Source: Corallochytrium limacisporum Hawaii (taxonomy: Eukaryota > Protista > Pluriformea). From it: DNA of 64,000 nt. How positions within the stretch are numbered: position 1 is the first letter of the stretch; each line of letters starts with the position of its first letter. Where the stretch lies: positions 62,001 to 126,000 of the forward strand of contig PDIP01000036.1 in assembly GCA_002811645.1 (NCBI GenBank). The letters are read 5' to 3'. The notes below the pieces were generated by a model. That model did no database searches. It was not told the DNA's origin and worked only from the letters and a program-made list of their open reading frames with translations. The position numbers and the translations under genes are program-made. Shown one piece after another: positions 1-10,244 of the stretch.

Positions 1-1067
1 GTCAACTCTCTTTACCGCCAGCGCGCTGCCATGGAGAACTTCTTCCGTGCGTGCCTGGGTCTGCAAGCCGAGAGCAACTTGATGTTGGAGCATCGCGCTT
101 TCCATCACCATCAGAGGGTCTAAGTGTTTCTGGGTTTAAAAAAAATAGCAGATACTTTGAAATCGGGAGAATGCCTATAGCTACGGCATAGCTGGGCCTC
201 CCGGGCACACTGGATGGCGTACGGGTTAATGACCTCTGTTTCTGGCTCATTTGTCAACCCCGAGGATCCACTGTACTCATAGACACAAACAAGAATCGCA
301 CAGACCAACAATCCCTGTTTTCTTTTACAAATATATTACTCCTCATAGGCTCATATTCGTTTGGTTTTACTACGTATGTTGTGGAACAACAAGCACAAAC
401 TGTCTGTTACCATCAGTGTTGGATGTTCATCGCTGGTTTAAGGTTATCCTCGAGTGTTCCTGAGCTACGGGCCGCTTCCCAGTCTACCACACACCCTTGC
501 CCCCCCCCCCTTTTCTTCCCGTCCTTCCCGGCTCCTTGTCTTTCGGCGCGAAAATCGGTCCCGATTGCGGGGGTGACCAGTGCGAGGGTGAACAGAAGGA
601 AGAAGGGGGGGAGGTTGGGTTGGTGTGGGCGCAACAGAAGGCACCAAGTCTTCGCCATTTTTCTTTATTAACTTTTTGGGCGCGCGCGAAAATATGCCTC
701 GGGGCCGAAGTTCACTGCTGCAGCGCTGAAGGGAAGTAGTACGGACCGTCAGGCTCTCTGTTTTGAGGCAGTGAGACGGGCCAGAGGCAGTGCGAGCGCC
801 CTTTTTTTTTCTGGTTCGGTCGTGGCTTGTGACCAACTGAGCGGCCAGCAAGAGCAGGACGGAAACATGTTCCCTGATGGCTTTTCTCTTGCCCTTGTGC
901 CTGGTACTATACTCAAGACGTACTTCAAAGTTTCCTGGGAATGATCGATGTCTTCTCAGTGAGACAAACCGTTTGGGGTCGAAAGATTTCCATGGAGAAC
1001 GAGAATGTAATCCGAACAAAGGGAAGGAGGGACAGCCAAGAAGTAACTTGAAGACAGAAAAACAAAG

Positions 1068-2591
1068 ATGGGAGATCCTGCCTCTGTCGTCGACCTGTCC
1101 AAGGCCGTCATGATCGAGTATGCGGCCCGGAACATTTTGGACTCCATGCGCGAGGGCAACTTGGAGATTAGTGCCTGGGACATTATTTACACATCGTCCT
1201 TGAGGGACGAATCACTGGAACTAATGCCATCAGTTCAGGCCCTTACTAATATGGTCAACATGGCATTGACATATCTTCGTGTCACAGAGGTGTACCAGGC
1301 TGGGGAACGGAACCTGAAGGTTCCCCTGCTGTTCCAGAGCATTCTCCTCCGCTACGATCAACTCAAGCACACTTTGCGTCTCGTCGATTCTTCATTCCAA
1401 GAGGACGATCACTGGTTGGAATTGTCAGGAGATCTGCGCATTGCAGCGGTATACGCTTGTAGATGGTTGCCGAGTACGGTGGCGAGACAGATGAAGGATA
1501 AGCTCTTTTCACGAACCCCGCTAGCTGGTACGGAACATCATCGATGGGCTGGAGAATGGGTTGATGCGATGGAAAACGACGACATTGCAACTCAGAACGC
1601 ATTGGTGAAGGAGGCTGCGCCAAAGGGTGATCTGGTTGAGAACACATTCCACAAGATGCTGCGTTGGTTTGGGTACTTTGAGGACAGTTTCGTTGACCGC
1701 GTTGCCGTCGACTCGCTGGATGCGGCAAAGGCAGCTCTTGGTCTGGAGGATCCGGGTCAGTTGTTGGAAGAGGCTGCAGAAGCACCGCCGCAAGCTGTGG
1801 CATTCTCAGACAAACGATACAGCAAAAGCGATTTGCAGAAAATGTATGAGATGATCAAACCCAGTGGTGATTTTGACAAAGATGTGTGTCAATACGAGGA
1901 GCCTCAGGTTAGCGCTGTCCGCCAGCGGGCAGAACAAGCCTTTCAAAACGCAGCAGCTCAGAACAATGTGTTGCTCGAGGCAACATCCCAGGCTGAGGAT
2001 CCCAAATTTTTCTACCAAGATCGAGTTGCCGCTGGGGAGCAAGAGGAGGATGAACCTATGCCAATGGCGCCCGTTCATGAACCTGTGGAAACCGAACCTT
2101 CGAGAGAAGAGGCTGTACTCAAAACAAGGGAATCCATGCAGGAAGCACAGGCAGCATCGAGGAAGTCAACACCGGCCAAACGGACTCCTGCGAAGCAGTC
2201 CCTGAAGAAATCGCCGGCCTCGAAAAAGCTTGACTCCGTAACGCAAAATAAGAAACTGCGGGAACAACGAATTCTCCGAGCCCTCTATAAGACGCTTCCG
2301 AAGTTCAACAAAACAGGAGTGAAGGACAAGGGTCTAGTCAACCAATGGGTTCTTGTTCACGAGGAGTACAGTAATAACTGCCCGCCACATATTCAGATTA
2401 CGAAGTCCCAGTTGGTTGACAAGTGCAAGAATTGGCAGAAGAATGGCAAGCTTGAGTATAAGTTTGAAGAAGGCTTCCGCGTTCGAGAGCGACTCATTGA
2501 CGGGAAGAAGGTCTCGCATAGGGATCGGCTGATCGTGGGCGTTGAACGGATCAGCCCTGACTTGCAGGACATCATGGACGGAAAGTTCTGA
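1068..2591 (+). CDS. Putative TRF/Tbf1-like telomere repeat-binding factor (TRFH-like N-terminal domain, acidic/basic linker, divergent telobox Myb domain)
   Basis: 507-aa ATG ORF. N-terminal helices resemble TRF1/2 TRFH (AVMIEYAARNILDSMREG, ELSGDLRIAAVYAC). C-terminal W...ITKSQLVDKCKNWQK resembles telobox RTxVQLKDKARNWK. The CDS is certain; the family is inferred by eye. Confidence 0.6.
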   Translation: MGDPASVVDLSKAVMIEYAARNILDSMREGNLEISAWDIIYTSSLRDESLELMPSVQALTNMVNMALTYLRVTEVYQAGERNLKVPLLFQSILLRYDQLKHTLRLVDSSFQEDDHWLELSGDLRIAAVYACRWLPSTVARQMKDKLFSRTPLAGTEHHRWAGEWVDAMENDDIATQNALVKEAAPKGDLVENTFHKMLRWFGYFEDSFVDRVAVDSLDAAKAALGLEDPGQLLEEAAEAPPQAVAFSDKRYSKSDLQKMYEMIKPSGDFDKDVCQYEEPQVSAVRQRAEQAFQNAAAQNNVLLEATSQAEDPKFFYQDRVAAGEQEEDEPMPMAPVHEPVETEPSREEAVLKTRESMQEAQAASRKSTPAKRTPAKQSLKKSPASKKLDSVTQNKKLREQRILRALYKTLPKFNKTGVKDKGLVNQWVLVHEEYSNNCPPHIQITKSQLVDKCKNWQKNGKLEYKFEEGFRVRERLIDGKKVSHRDRLIVGVERISPDLQDIMDGKF

Positions 2592-2689
2592 ATGCCATAC
2601 CCAAGTTCTTGCCATAGTCTAGCATTTCAATACAAACACATACATCTATTTTCAAAGCGGCTATATGTTTTCGGCCGTTCCTAGTATTT

Positions 2690-5600
2690 TCAGTCGTCAT
2701 CGGGAGTGCTCTTGGCGGCCAAGGATTGCACGTACTCGCGAGCACGCTGTTTCACATGATCCTGTTGTGCACTAGTACCATGCTTCTTCTCAAAGTCGAG
2801 CCATTTTTTGAAGACAAACTTCATCTTCTTGGTGCTCAACTTGAGCTGCGTGGTCATGCGCTCAAGAAGGCGGCGTCCACCCACGGTATTGGCAGCCTTG
2901 ATCTCTTGATCCACGTAGACATTCCAGATGTCGAGACGTTTGGGATGTGTGTCCACAATTCCCTCGAAGATGGTGCGACCACGTTCGGCATCGCCGAATT
3001 TGAATTCAAGTTGACCGTACTTTGAAATGCAGAATACATGCTTACGCTGTGGTAGGGCCTTCAGAGCGCGCTGGAATACCTCACGACCGTCTTGCGGGTT
3101 GCCATCCTTGAACAGCATTGTGACATACTCAAGCCAGCACTTCTTGGACTGGCGGAACTTCTTGCACACGGCTTCAAAAGCCTCGACGGCACCATCACTG
3201 TCATCTGCAGCGCGATGGATACGTGCCCGCTGAAGCATGACGTGCTTGGGGTTATTGGCTAGCATGGCACGCTTCAAGAGGGCGTCAAGATCTGTTTTCG
3301 ACTTTCCGTAGCTAATTTCAATATTGATCAGAGAGCACCAGACTTTGAATTTCTCATCCGTCTCGCGGAAGTTGATTGTATCAAGAGCACGCTCGCCAAT
3401 CTCTCGGGCGCCGTCAATGTTGCCCATGGAGATGTGGAAAGCCATGTACTGAACCCAAGCATAACTGGAATTTGGCTCGGCCAAAACAAGCTTTTCAAAG
3501 TCTTCGACAGACGCCAACTCAGCCTCTCCGGACGCAAGGGCCTGCTCCCTGGCATCAACAGCATTCAGAGCCTGTTCACGTTTCCGTCGCTTAGCACTGC
3601 GACTCTGCTTGGATTTCACAGCATCGTTATCGTCCTCGTCGTCCTGATTGTCCTCTGCGTCGTCGTCGTCGTCGTCGTTATCGCCCCAGGAGAATCCATT
3701 AGCACCCAGACCGGCCCTTTGCGCTGTCCGCTTTCCAAGGATTCCAAGGCTGGCATCATCGTCGTCGTCATCATCGTCATCATCGGCACCATGTTCCTCC
3801 TCGCTGTCTTCCATCTCATCAGAATCTTGGTCCACCTCGTCCTCAATGTCCTTGCTCTCTTCGTCGTCCTCCTCGTCCTCACTCGCCTGACGAGAAACAT
3901 TGGCTGACTTCCAAATTCCATCCTCCAACTCTTCAATGTTCGTCTGACCGGGAATTTCTGCGTCATCAATCATGTCACGCTCAATATCCGCGTCAACGTC
4001 CATGCCATTATCATCCTCATCGTCCGTGTCGTGTTCATCATCCTTGAATGCTGATGGTTTCAGGGTGATGCCGATGCGTCGTTTTTCAAGGTCTAGGTCA
4101 ATGATTTTACCCTTGACATAGTCTCCAATGCTAAAGTGCTCGCTGGCGTCCTTGACGAATTCGTCAGCGATATGTTTAACATGACAGAGGGCACTCAACC
4201 TGGTGTGCTCCAGATTGACGAAAACTCCAAACGAGGCCAGCTTACGCACGTGCCCGCGGACGATGTCACCGACCTTAAAGTCAGTAATCTCCTTCTTGGC
4301 CTGCTCGAAGCCCTTCTCTAACGCGCTCTTGCGCAAACTGAGAGCCACGCGTCGCTTTTCGGTGTCTACGGACAACACACGACACTTGACCATCTGTCCC
4401 TTTGCGAAATGATCTTTCCAGTCTGTCAAGAATTGATCACTGAGCTGCGCAATGCGACAACGTCCAACCAGATCGCGCGTCAAAGCAATGAACAGGCCCT
4501 TGTCATTCATGTTCGTGACGTATCCCTTCACAATCGCATTCTCATCAGGAACAATACTGTGATTAGAACGATAATCGTTCTTGTTCTTTTTGCCAGATTC
4601 AACTACAGACTCCCGCAGAATGACATCAATACGATTCTCCTTCCATGCAACATTATCAATGTAGGCTCGTACAAACGTGCCTTCGGGGAAATGAGAGAGT
4701 GGAACAGCCTGTAAGTTGTCAGAAAGGTCAGTAATGTGACAAGATCCGAGTACATTGGATGCTAGCTTGACAAGGAGAGATGCCTGGCTGGAGTGTTTCA
4801 TTACCTCTGCGTTTACAACTGTGCCCTCCTTGAAAATAGAAGGAACAAACTTTTTCACGCCAGAGTTGCCCATCTTCTGCTCCTTCAAGGGACCCTGGAG
4901 ACTGAAATCTACATGCAAGTTTGACGAGGACGCATGTTTGTGCAGACACCAAACACGGACTACCTTTCCAACAGAAAGGAAACGGTTTAAGCGCTTCAAT
5001 TGAGCAGTGGTGGTCCGAGGACCAGCTGCATCGATTGCCTGCAAACGACCACGAACATCAGGGCTAACGACAACCCACGCAAAGGAATCGTGGACCTCTT
5101 GAACAACACCCAGGAAGTCTTTTCCTTCTTTCAGGTCGTCGGTGTGAACTGGCTTCCTCTTCGTGGTTGTCTTCAGAGAGAGCTCTAGGCCAAAGCGACG
5201 GCCACGTGATGCCTGACTGATGGGCAAGAACCTGTGTGTCTTAGTATCGTGCAATCCCAACACTCTTGCCTTCAAGAATTGTCCTGGCTTGAAGTAGACG
5301 GAGAGGTCGATGACATCGTTCTCAGCTGCCTTCAAGACCTTTTCCTCGAGTGCTTCAGTGATGTGAACACGACCTCTGACATTTGCACTAACTTCCACAT
5401 TCAACTGCATGGCGTTCATGTTAATTATGCGAACATTGATTATATCGTTGACATTCACATCATCGACGCTTGAGACAGCATTTCCGGGTGTAGCATCCAC
5501 GTCTTGTCCAGTGGACTGGATTTCCTGCATAACAATGAAGGAGCATTCACCAATCTCAAGAATGTCTGCAACCTTACACATGGTCTCCTGGCCGATTTGG

Positions 5601-8600
5601 AAATGGGATTGATATCCGTGATCTTGGCATGCCGTGGAAATCATGTATGCAATACAGTTGAGACCATTGACGAAGACTACCGCATAGCTCTCCTTGGCCA
5701 GCAAGACAGTGCAAGCCTGGGGCGATGCCTTCTTTTGCAGTTGCCCGGCCTTTCTAAGTAGAGCATTCCTGCCCCTAGGACCACTTGCGCACTTCTCAAC
5801 AACATCAGGCCTGCAGGTCACGTTGATTAAATCAGCATGAATGTCAGCATCCAGCGTCACAGCACGCATGGTCTTACCGACCTTGGCTCCCGAGGCCGAA
5901 AGGTTCTGACGCACTGCCAACAGTGAAAGTTCTTCACTTTCAGGGCCTTCAAGGTCCAATAGTGTAGCGCCAAGCTTCTCCATGCCAGTGATCTTCGTGT
6001 CGAGCATGACACTTGGTTCATAGCGACCCAAAAGTTGGCCATATGACTCGGGGTGCGTGCTCGCCGCAAGTCTTCGCTTCTCTTCCAGAACAATTTCCAG
6101 ATGATCGCCAATGTCCCTATCCACCATCTGTGATGCCTGCAAAGTAACCTTTATCTGCTGGCGCTCCTTGTTAATTTCCAGTACCTTCGCATGGACACTC
6201 TGCCCAAGGGAGAGCTCTGAACGGATGTCAGACACAAACTTATCAGCCACATGCTCCTTTCGAAGGAATCCAATGAGACCGAATGGGAATGAAATAAGTG
6301 CCGATGAGTCATTGAGAATCTTCTTCACGTATCCCGGGACTAATGCACCTTGCTCAACAGCTTCGAATGTGGTAGGCACCGCCTCGCCGACGACGGAGGT
6401 CACCAAACTACCTTTGATGCTGCCCTCAATTTGCCTATTGCTTGCCTCAATGATCAGGACGTTTTCGATTCTGGTCTGTGGAACTGAACCTAACATCTTC
6501 AAAATGTAAGGAGCAAGACTTGTGGCATCACTCACATGAGACTTGAAAATTTTGATGACGGTAGTGGTTGGCTCCCCGCTTTCCTCATCCACAAGGTGAC
6601 AGATCAGGCCATCCGGCATTGTTCTTTGAGTCACGACGGTCACTAGGTCTCCACTCTTGACCGGTACGCCTGCTTCGTTGCCACTGCCAGCCACACCAAT
6701 GTCCGTATCCTTTCGCATGCTGGCTTTCAGCTCACCTGACTTCCGATCAATGTTGGTGATAACGCACGTGACAACTTCACCGACCCGATGTATCTCGGAC
6801 AGGTTGCGATCTTCACCCATTTCATTGCGAGCCATAGGAATTTCATTTCGGGGAACTAAGGCAAATGCCTTATCCAGAAAACTCACGATGACTCCGTAGT
6901 GCCTAATGGATGTGATCACACCATTCGTGGTCATTCCCTCTTTGGCCTCAGATGCGTCAGAGATCAACTTGTTCTGTGCTTTCACCAGCGACCTCTTCAT
7001 TGTCAGGATGAGCTTCTTACTTTCGGCATCGACTTGGAGCACACGACAGCGCACGCTGTCACCCAGCCTGGCTGCATTTGCAATTTTCTTGGGGATATAG
7101 TCGGCAACATGCAGGACTGGAACAAACCCACGCACGTTCTTTGATATCTTCACTACTGCGCCCGCATCGCTGACACTTTCGATTGTTCCATTGAGCAACT
7201 GACCTACCTCTGCCTCGTGCAGATTCAACATGGTCTCCTCAAGCAGGTCACTTTGCGTCGAGGCAAAGGCCACTGAGTCTATAAGATCGTGTCCAATGAT
7301 TCGCGCTTCAATATCGCCCCCAGTTTTCAGTCCCAACAGTGAAGATTTCGACCCATCACCCGATTTCGACATAGGGACGAAGACACGCGTCATGGTCAGC
7401 TTGCCCTTGCTTTCAATCGAGTTGCCGTTCAGGAAGAATCCCTTAGTCTTGACAATTCTTCCGACCTTCGCCTGAATCTTTGTACCGACATCCTTCAGCA
7501 CTCTTGCTGACATGCTTGACCCCTCTTCAGAAGGTGGGATGACTCCGATTTTCTTGTTGATGTGATCAACCCAGTGCACCTGTACATTAAAGATCTCTCC
7601 AACGTCGTAAATGTCTGTGAGTTCTTGGTCACCATTTATCCACTCCACGGGTAGGTGGTAGTAGTCTATGGTAGCCTCGAAGATGCCGTACACACTGCCT
7701 TTCAATCCAGCATCTAATATCTGTGTCACAGTGAACTCTGCTATCTGGCCAGGGAATACAGTTTGGATGGTCTGAGGGTTATCCTCCGGGATGTTCAGAA
7801 CTTCGTCTTCATCAGTAAAGATCTTTTGAGCGAACGCCAGCTGAAGCAAACGGCCCTTGGCCTGTACCTTAGAAACAGAAAAGTGAAACGCCTGGCCTTC
7901 AACAAGCAATCGGTCTTTCACTGCCTCGTTGGACAGGAAACCGGTAGTATTCCCCATGGAGAGGTCCACCATCCAACCATGGTCTTCATGACTTGCAAGT
8001 ACGCCCGCGACCTGCATGTGAGGTGCAAACTGAGTCTCGTATTCCTCATATCCCTTGTTCGCTGTATGCGGATCAGCACTGAGGAATACCTGACGAGCTT
8101 TGGTTTTTTGATTCAAGGTCACTTCCTTCACTGTGCACAATATGCGATCACCAGCCGCGTATGCTCGCTCTAGCAGTCTTCCAAGGTCATCTCGGTTTCT
8201 CTGTAAGCGACCCTTCAATTCACGACTAATATCATTGCCTCGGAGGACGGCCGGAGTGCCTCCCGCAAGAGTTACATGAACTTCACTGTTCTTTACCTTT
8301 GAAACAACTGCTGAAAAGACCATGCCTCCTCTGATCTGCTGTGCGACGATTGGCTGCACGATACCGGGCTTCGCCACCGGTGACTTATTTTTGCTTCTCT
8401 GAATGACCCTAGACGTCTTGCGTTTCATTCTCACAGCAGCCTGGCCCAGATTCATCAAGTCCGCGTCCCCAGTCAATGCTTCATGGCCACCAGCTTCTAA
8501 TGCTGCTGCTCGACGACCTTCTTCAAGTGCCTCTGCGCGCTCCTTCGGTGTAAGCATGGAACCACCACCACGCGGGAAGTCTCGTGCATTCTGCTTCAAG

Positions 8601-8638
8601 GAGCGAAGCTGCTCCAACATGTCTGAAGTCGCAGCCAT
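2690..8638 (-). CDS. RRP5: rRNA biogenesis protein RRP5 (PDCD11)
   Basis: 1982 aa. N-terminal DFPRGGG motif, tandem S1 repeats (EDHGWMVD, FGVFV), acidic linker, C-terminal HAT/TPR repeats (PNSSYAWVQYMAFH, ERGRTIFEGIV, KRLDIWNVY). Confidence 0.97.
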   Translation of the reverse strand: MAATSDMLEQLRSLKQNARDFPRGGGSMLTPKERAEALEEGRRAAALEAGGHEALTGDADLMNLGQAAVRMKRKTSRVIQRSKNKSPVAKPGIVQPIVAQQIRGGMVFSAVVSKVKNSEVHVTLAGGTPAVLRGNDISRELKGRLQRNRDDLGRLLERAYAAGDRILCTVKEVTLNQKTKARQVFLSADPHTANKGYEEYETQFAPHMQVAGVLASHEDHGWMVDLSMGNTTGFLSNEAVKDRLLVEGQAFHFSVSKVQAKGRLLQLAFAQKIFTDEDEVLNIPEDNPQTIQTVFPGQIAEFTVTQILDAGLKGSVYGIFEATIDYYHLPVEWINGDQELTDIYDVGEIFNVQVHWVDHINKKIGVIPPSEEGSSMSARVLKDVGTKIQAKVGRIVKTKGFFLNGNSIESKGKLTMTRVFVPMSKSGDGSKSSLLGLKTGGDIEARIIGHDLIDSVAFASTQSDLLEETMLNLHEAEVGQLLNGTIESVSDAGAVVKISKNVRGFVPVLHVADYIPKKIANAARLGDSVRCRVLQVDAESKKLILTMKRSLVKAQNKLISDASEAKEGMTTNGVITSIRHYGVIVSFLDKAFALVPRNEIPMARNEMGEDRNLSEIHRVGEVVTCVITNIDRKSGELKASMRKDTDIGVAGSGNEAGVPVKSGDLVTVVTQRTMPDGLICHLVDEESGEPTTTVIKIFKSHVSDATSLAPYILKMLGSVPQTRIENVLIIEASNRQIEGSIKGSLVTSVVGEAVPTTFEAVEQGALVPGYVKKILNDSSALISFPFGLIGFLRKEHVADKFVSDIRSELSLGQSVHAKVLEINKERQQIKVTLQASQMVDRDIGDHLEIVLEEKRRLAASTHPESYGQLLGRYEPSVMLDTKITGMEKLGATLLDLEGPESEELSLLAVRQNLSASGAKVGKTMRAVTLDADIHADLINVTCRPDVVEKCASGPRGRNALLRKAGQLQKKASPQACTVLLAKESYAVVFVNGLNCIAYMISTACQDHGYQSHFQIGQETMCKVADILEIGECSFIVMQEIQSTGQDVDATPGNAVSSVDDVNVNDIINVRIINMNAMQLNVEVSANVRGRVHITEALEEKVLKAAENDVIDLSVYFKPGQFLKARVLGLHDTKTHRFLPISQASRGRRFGLELSLKTTTKRKPVHTDDLKEGKDFLGVVQEVHDSFAWVVVSPDVRGRLQAIDAAGPRTTTAQLKRLNRFLSVGKVVRVWCLHKHASSSNLHVDFSLQGPLKEQKMGNSGVKKFVPSIFKEGTVVNAEVMKHSSQASLLVKLASNVLGSCHITDLSDNLQAVPLSHFPEGTFVRAYIDNVAWKENRIDVILRESVVESGKKNKNDYRSNHSIVPDENAIVKGYVTNMNDKGLFIALTRDLVGRCRIAQLSDQFLTDWKDHFAKGQMVKCRVLSVDTEKRRVALSLRKSALEKGFEQAKKEITDFKVGDIVRGHVRKLASFGVFVNLEHTRLSALCHVKHIADEFVKDASEHFSIGDYVKGKIIDLDLEKRRIGITLKPSAFKDDEHDTDDEDDNGMDVDADIERDMIDDAEIPGQTNIEELEDGIWKSANVSRQASEDEEDDEESKDIEDEVDQDSDEMEDSEEEHGADDDDDDDDDDASLGILGKRTAQRAGLGANGFSWGDNDDDDDDAEDNQDDEDDNDAVKSKQSRSAKRRKREQALNAVDAREQALASGEAELASVEDFEKLVLAEPNSSYAWVQYMAFHISMGNIDGAREIGERALDTINFRETDEKFKVWCSLINIEISYGKSKTDLDALLKRAMLANNPKHVMLQRARIHRAADDSDGAVEAFEAVCKKFRQSKKCWLEYVTMLFKDGNPQDGREVFQRALKALPQRKHVFCISKYGQLEFKFGDAERGRTIFEGIVDTHPKRLDIWNVYVDQEIKAANTVGGRRLLERMTTQLKLSTKKMKFVFKKWLDFEKKHGTSAQQDHVKQRAREYVQSLAAKSTPDDD

Positions 8639-9069
8639 GTTTCTCTCTCTATGACAGTGTGACTACTCTATATATGGATACATACGCCACGCCACATGTG
8701 CTACATATTCTCTAGATTTATCCGTGCCGTACCAATGCAAAGGTCTGGCGTTACTATCAATCCTTACCTCCATGTCGCAACTACGATGCTCTCGATCTTG
8801 AAGTACCTTGGTTCCAGAGGTATCAAAAGCGGATATGCATGCATGAGGATCAATGAAGAATGCTCCTCTGCACAAAAGTCGAAAGCAAATAGTCATCGCG
8901 GATTACACGGCCCTGCATACACGCGCACCTACAAGCACGTAGCACTAAGCCCCCCACCCGCGTGAGACCCGCCATTTGGAGCACAGCGAGGGCCTCTGCC
9001 GGGCGCCTGGAACGTGCCGTTATCAGAAGGGTGAGTGTGGTGTACTACCTGCCTCCACCACCACCCCCC

Positions 9070-9309
9070 NNNNNNNNNNNNNNNNNNNNNNNNNNNNNNN
9101 NNNNNNNNNNNNNNNNNNNNNNNNNNNNNNNNNNNNNNNNNNNNNNNNNNNNNNNNNNNNNNNNNNNNNNNNNNNNNNNNNNNNNNNNNNNNNNNNNNNN
9201 NNNNNNNNNNNNNNNNNNNNNNNNNNNNNNNNNNNNNNNNNNNNNNNNNNNNNNNNNNNNNNNNNNNNNNNNNNNNNNNNNNNNNNNNNNNNNNNNNNNN
9301 NNNNNNNNN
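9070..9309. other. Assembly gap (N run)
   Basis: 240 N, flanked by C-rich tracts. Confidence 0.99.
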
Positions 9310-9705
9310 CCAACCCCCACCACCAGATGGGACAAATGCTCCCAACCTCTTGGGTAGCGCAGACGTCCACGCGACTGCTCCCTTCTACCCCTTTGGCCCC
9401 GGCCGCTCACCAATGCGTCTGTGGTCCGCCGGGTGTTCTTGCGTTCAGCTGCCGTTCATACGTTGTTGGAAACTCATTTGTATATACCTCTTCCTTACTT
9501 GGCCGAATCCTGAATATGCCTGCAATCATATTCACACCTCAATCGAAGCTATTAAGCAAGCTGTAGCTAGTCCTCGTGCTGCTATAAACAAGCCGAGACT
9601 ATAGGTAGCAGCAAGTGAACGCGGCAAGTACGAGAGTGAGCTTTAAGGCCTCAGAATGTAAGCACACTTTTAGATCATTATTCAAGTATCACAGACAGTA
9701 GAAGA

Positions 9706-10146
9706 ATGTCAGCAAGCGCAGCGGGTAACGCACTAAAAAAGTTCAGTTCCGAAGTAGCACAGCGGATCATTGTCGCGTGCGAACCGCGACTAGTTAACGG
9801 AAGGATTGTTCCTTCAGAATTGTCAGCAAGACAACAATGGTTGTTGAAGAACAAATGTCACGGACTAGGATATGAGTGGCCAATTCCTGAAAAGGAGAAA
9901 CAGACGCCTTTCCGAATTTACGGCCGAGGTAGACTAGCTGAACGGAAGCGCCCCGAGAAGGAGGCGAAGACGGCTGCCATGATGGAGCAAATGCCCAAGA
10001 TAATTAAGGATCACCGTGCTGCTCGCCGTGATGAGCGTCGCGTGGCGCGTGAGGCTGTTAAATTGAAGAAGGAGAACAAAGAGGACATTCAAAAGATGAA
10101 GCGCGCGGAAGCAATGGCCAAGCTTCAGGCGGGAAAGAAATTGTAA
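9706..10146 (+). CDS. Mitochondrial ribosomal protein mL59 (yeast MRPL25-like)
   Basis: 146-aa basic protein. LSARQQWLLKNKC..G...P and GRLAER...MEQMPKIIKDHR match the mL59 pattern (SxRxQAxLxK; KGHKxER...MxxMPxxIxxW). Confidence 0.7.
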   Translation: MSASAAGNALKKFSSEVAQRIIVACEPRLVNGRIVPSELSARQQWLLKNKCHGLGYEWPIPEKEKQTPFRIYGRGRLAERKRPEKEAKTAAMMEQMPKIIKDHRAARRDERRVAREAVKLKKENKEDIQKMKRAEAMAKLQAGKKL

Positions 10147-10244
10147 ATAGTATACTATAGCTTTATATGTCATGTATGTATTGGAAGGATCATGTAGAAA
10201 CGTAAACAAACTAAAGTGTGCTGCGGATCCTTGACAGTAGACAC

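Noticed and set aside
8929-9604. ORFs spanning N runs (also near 13 kb, 23.5 kb and 40.8 kb)
   Set aside because: Artefacts of translating through assembly gaps.
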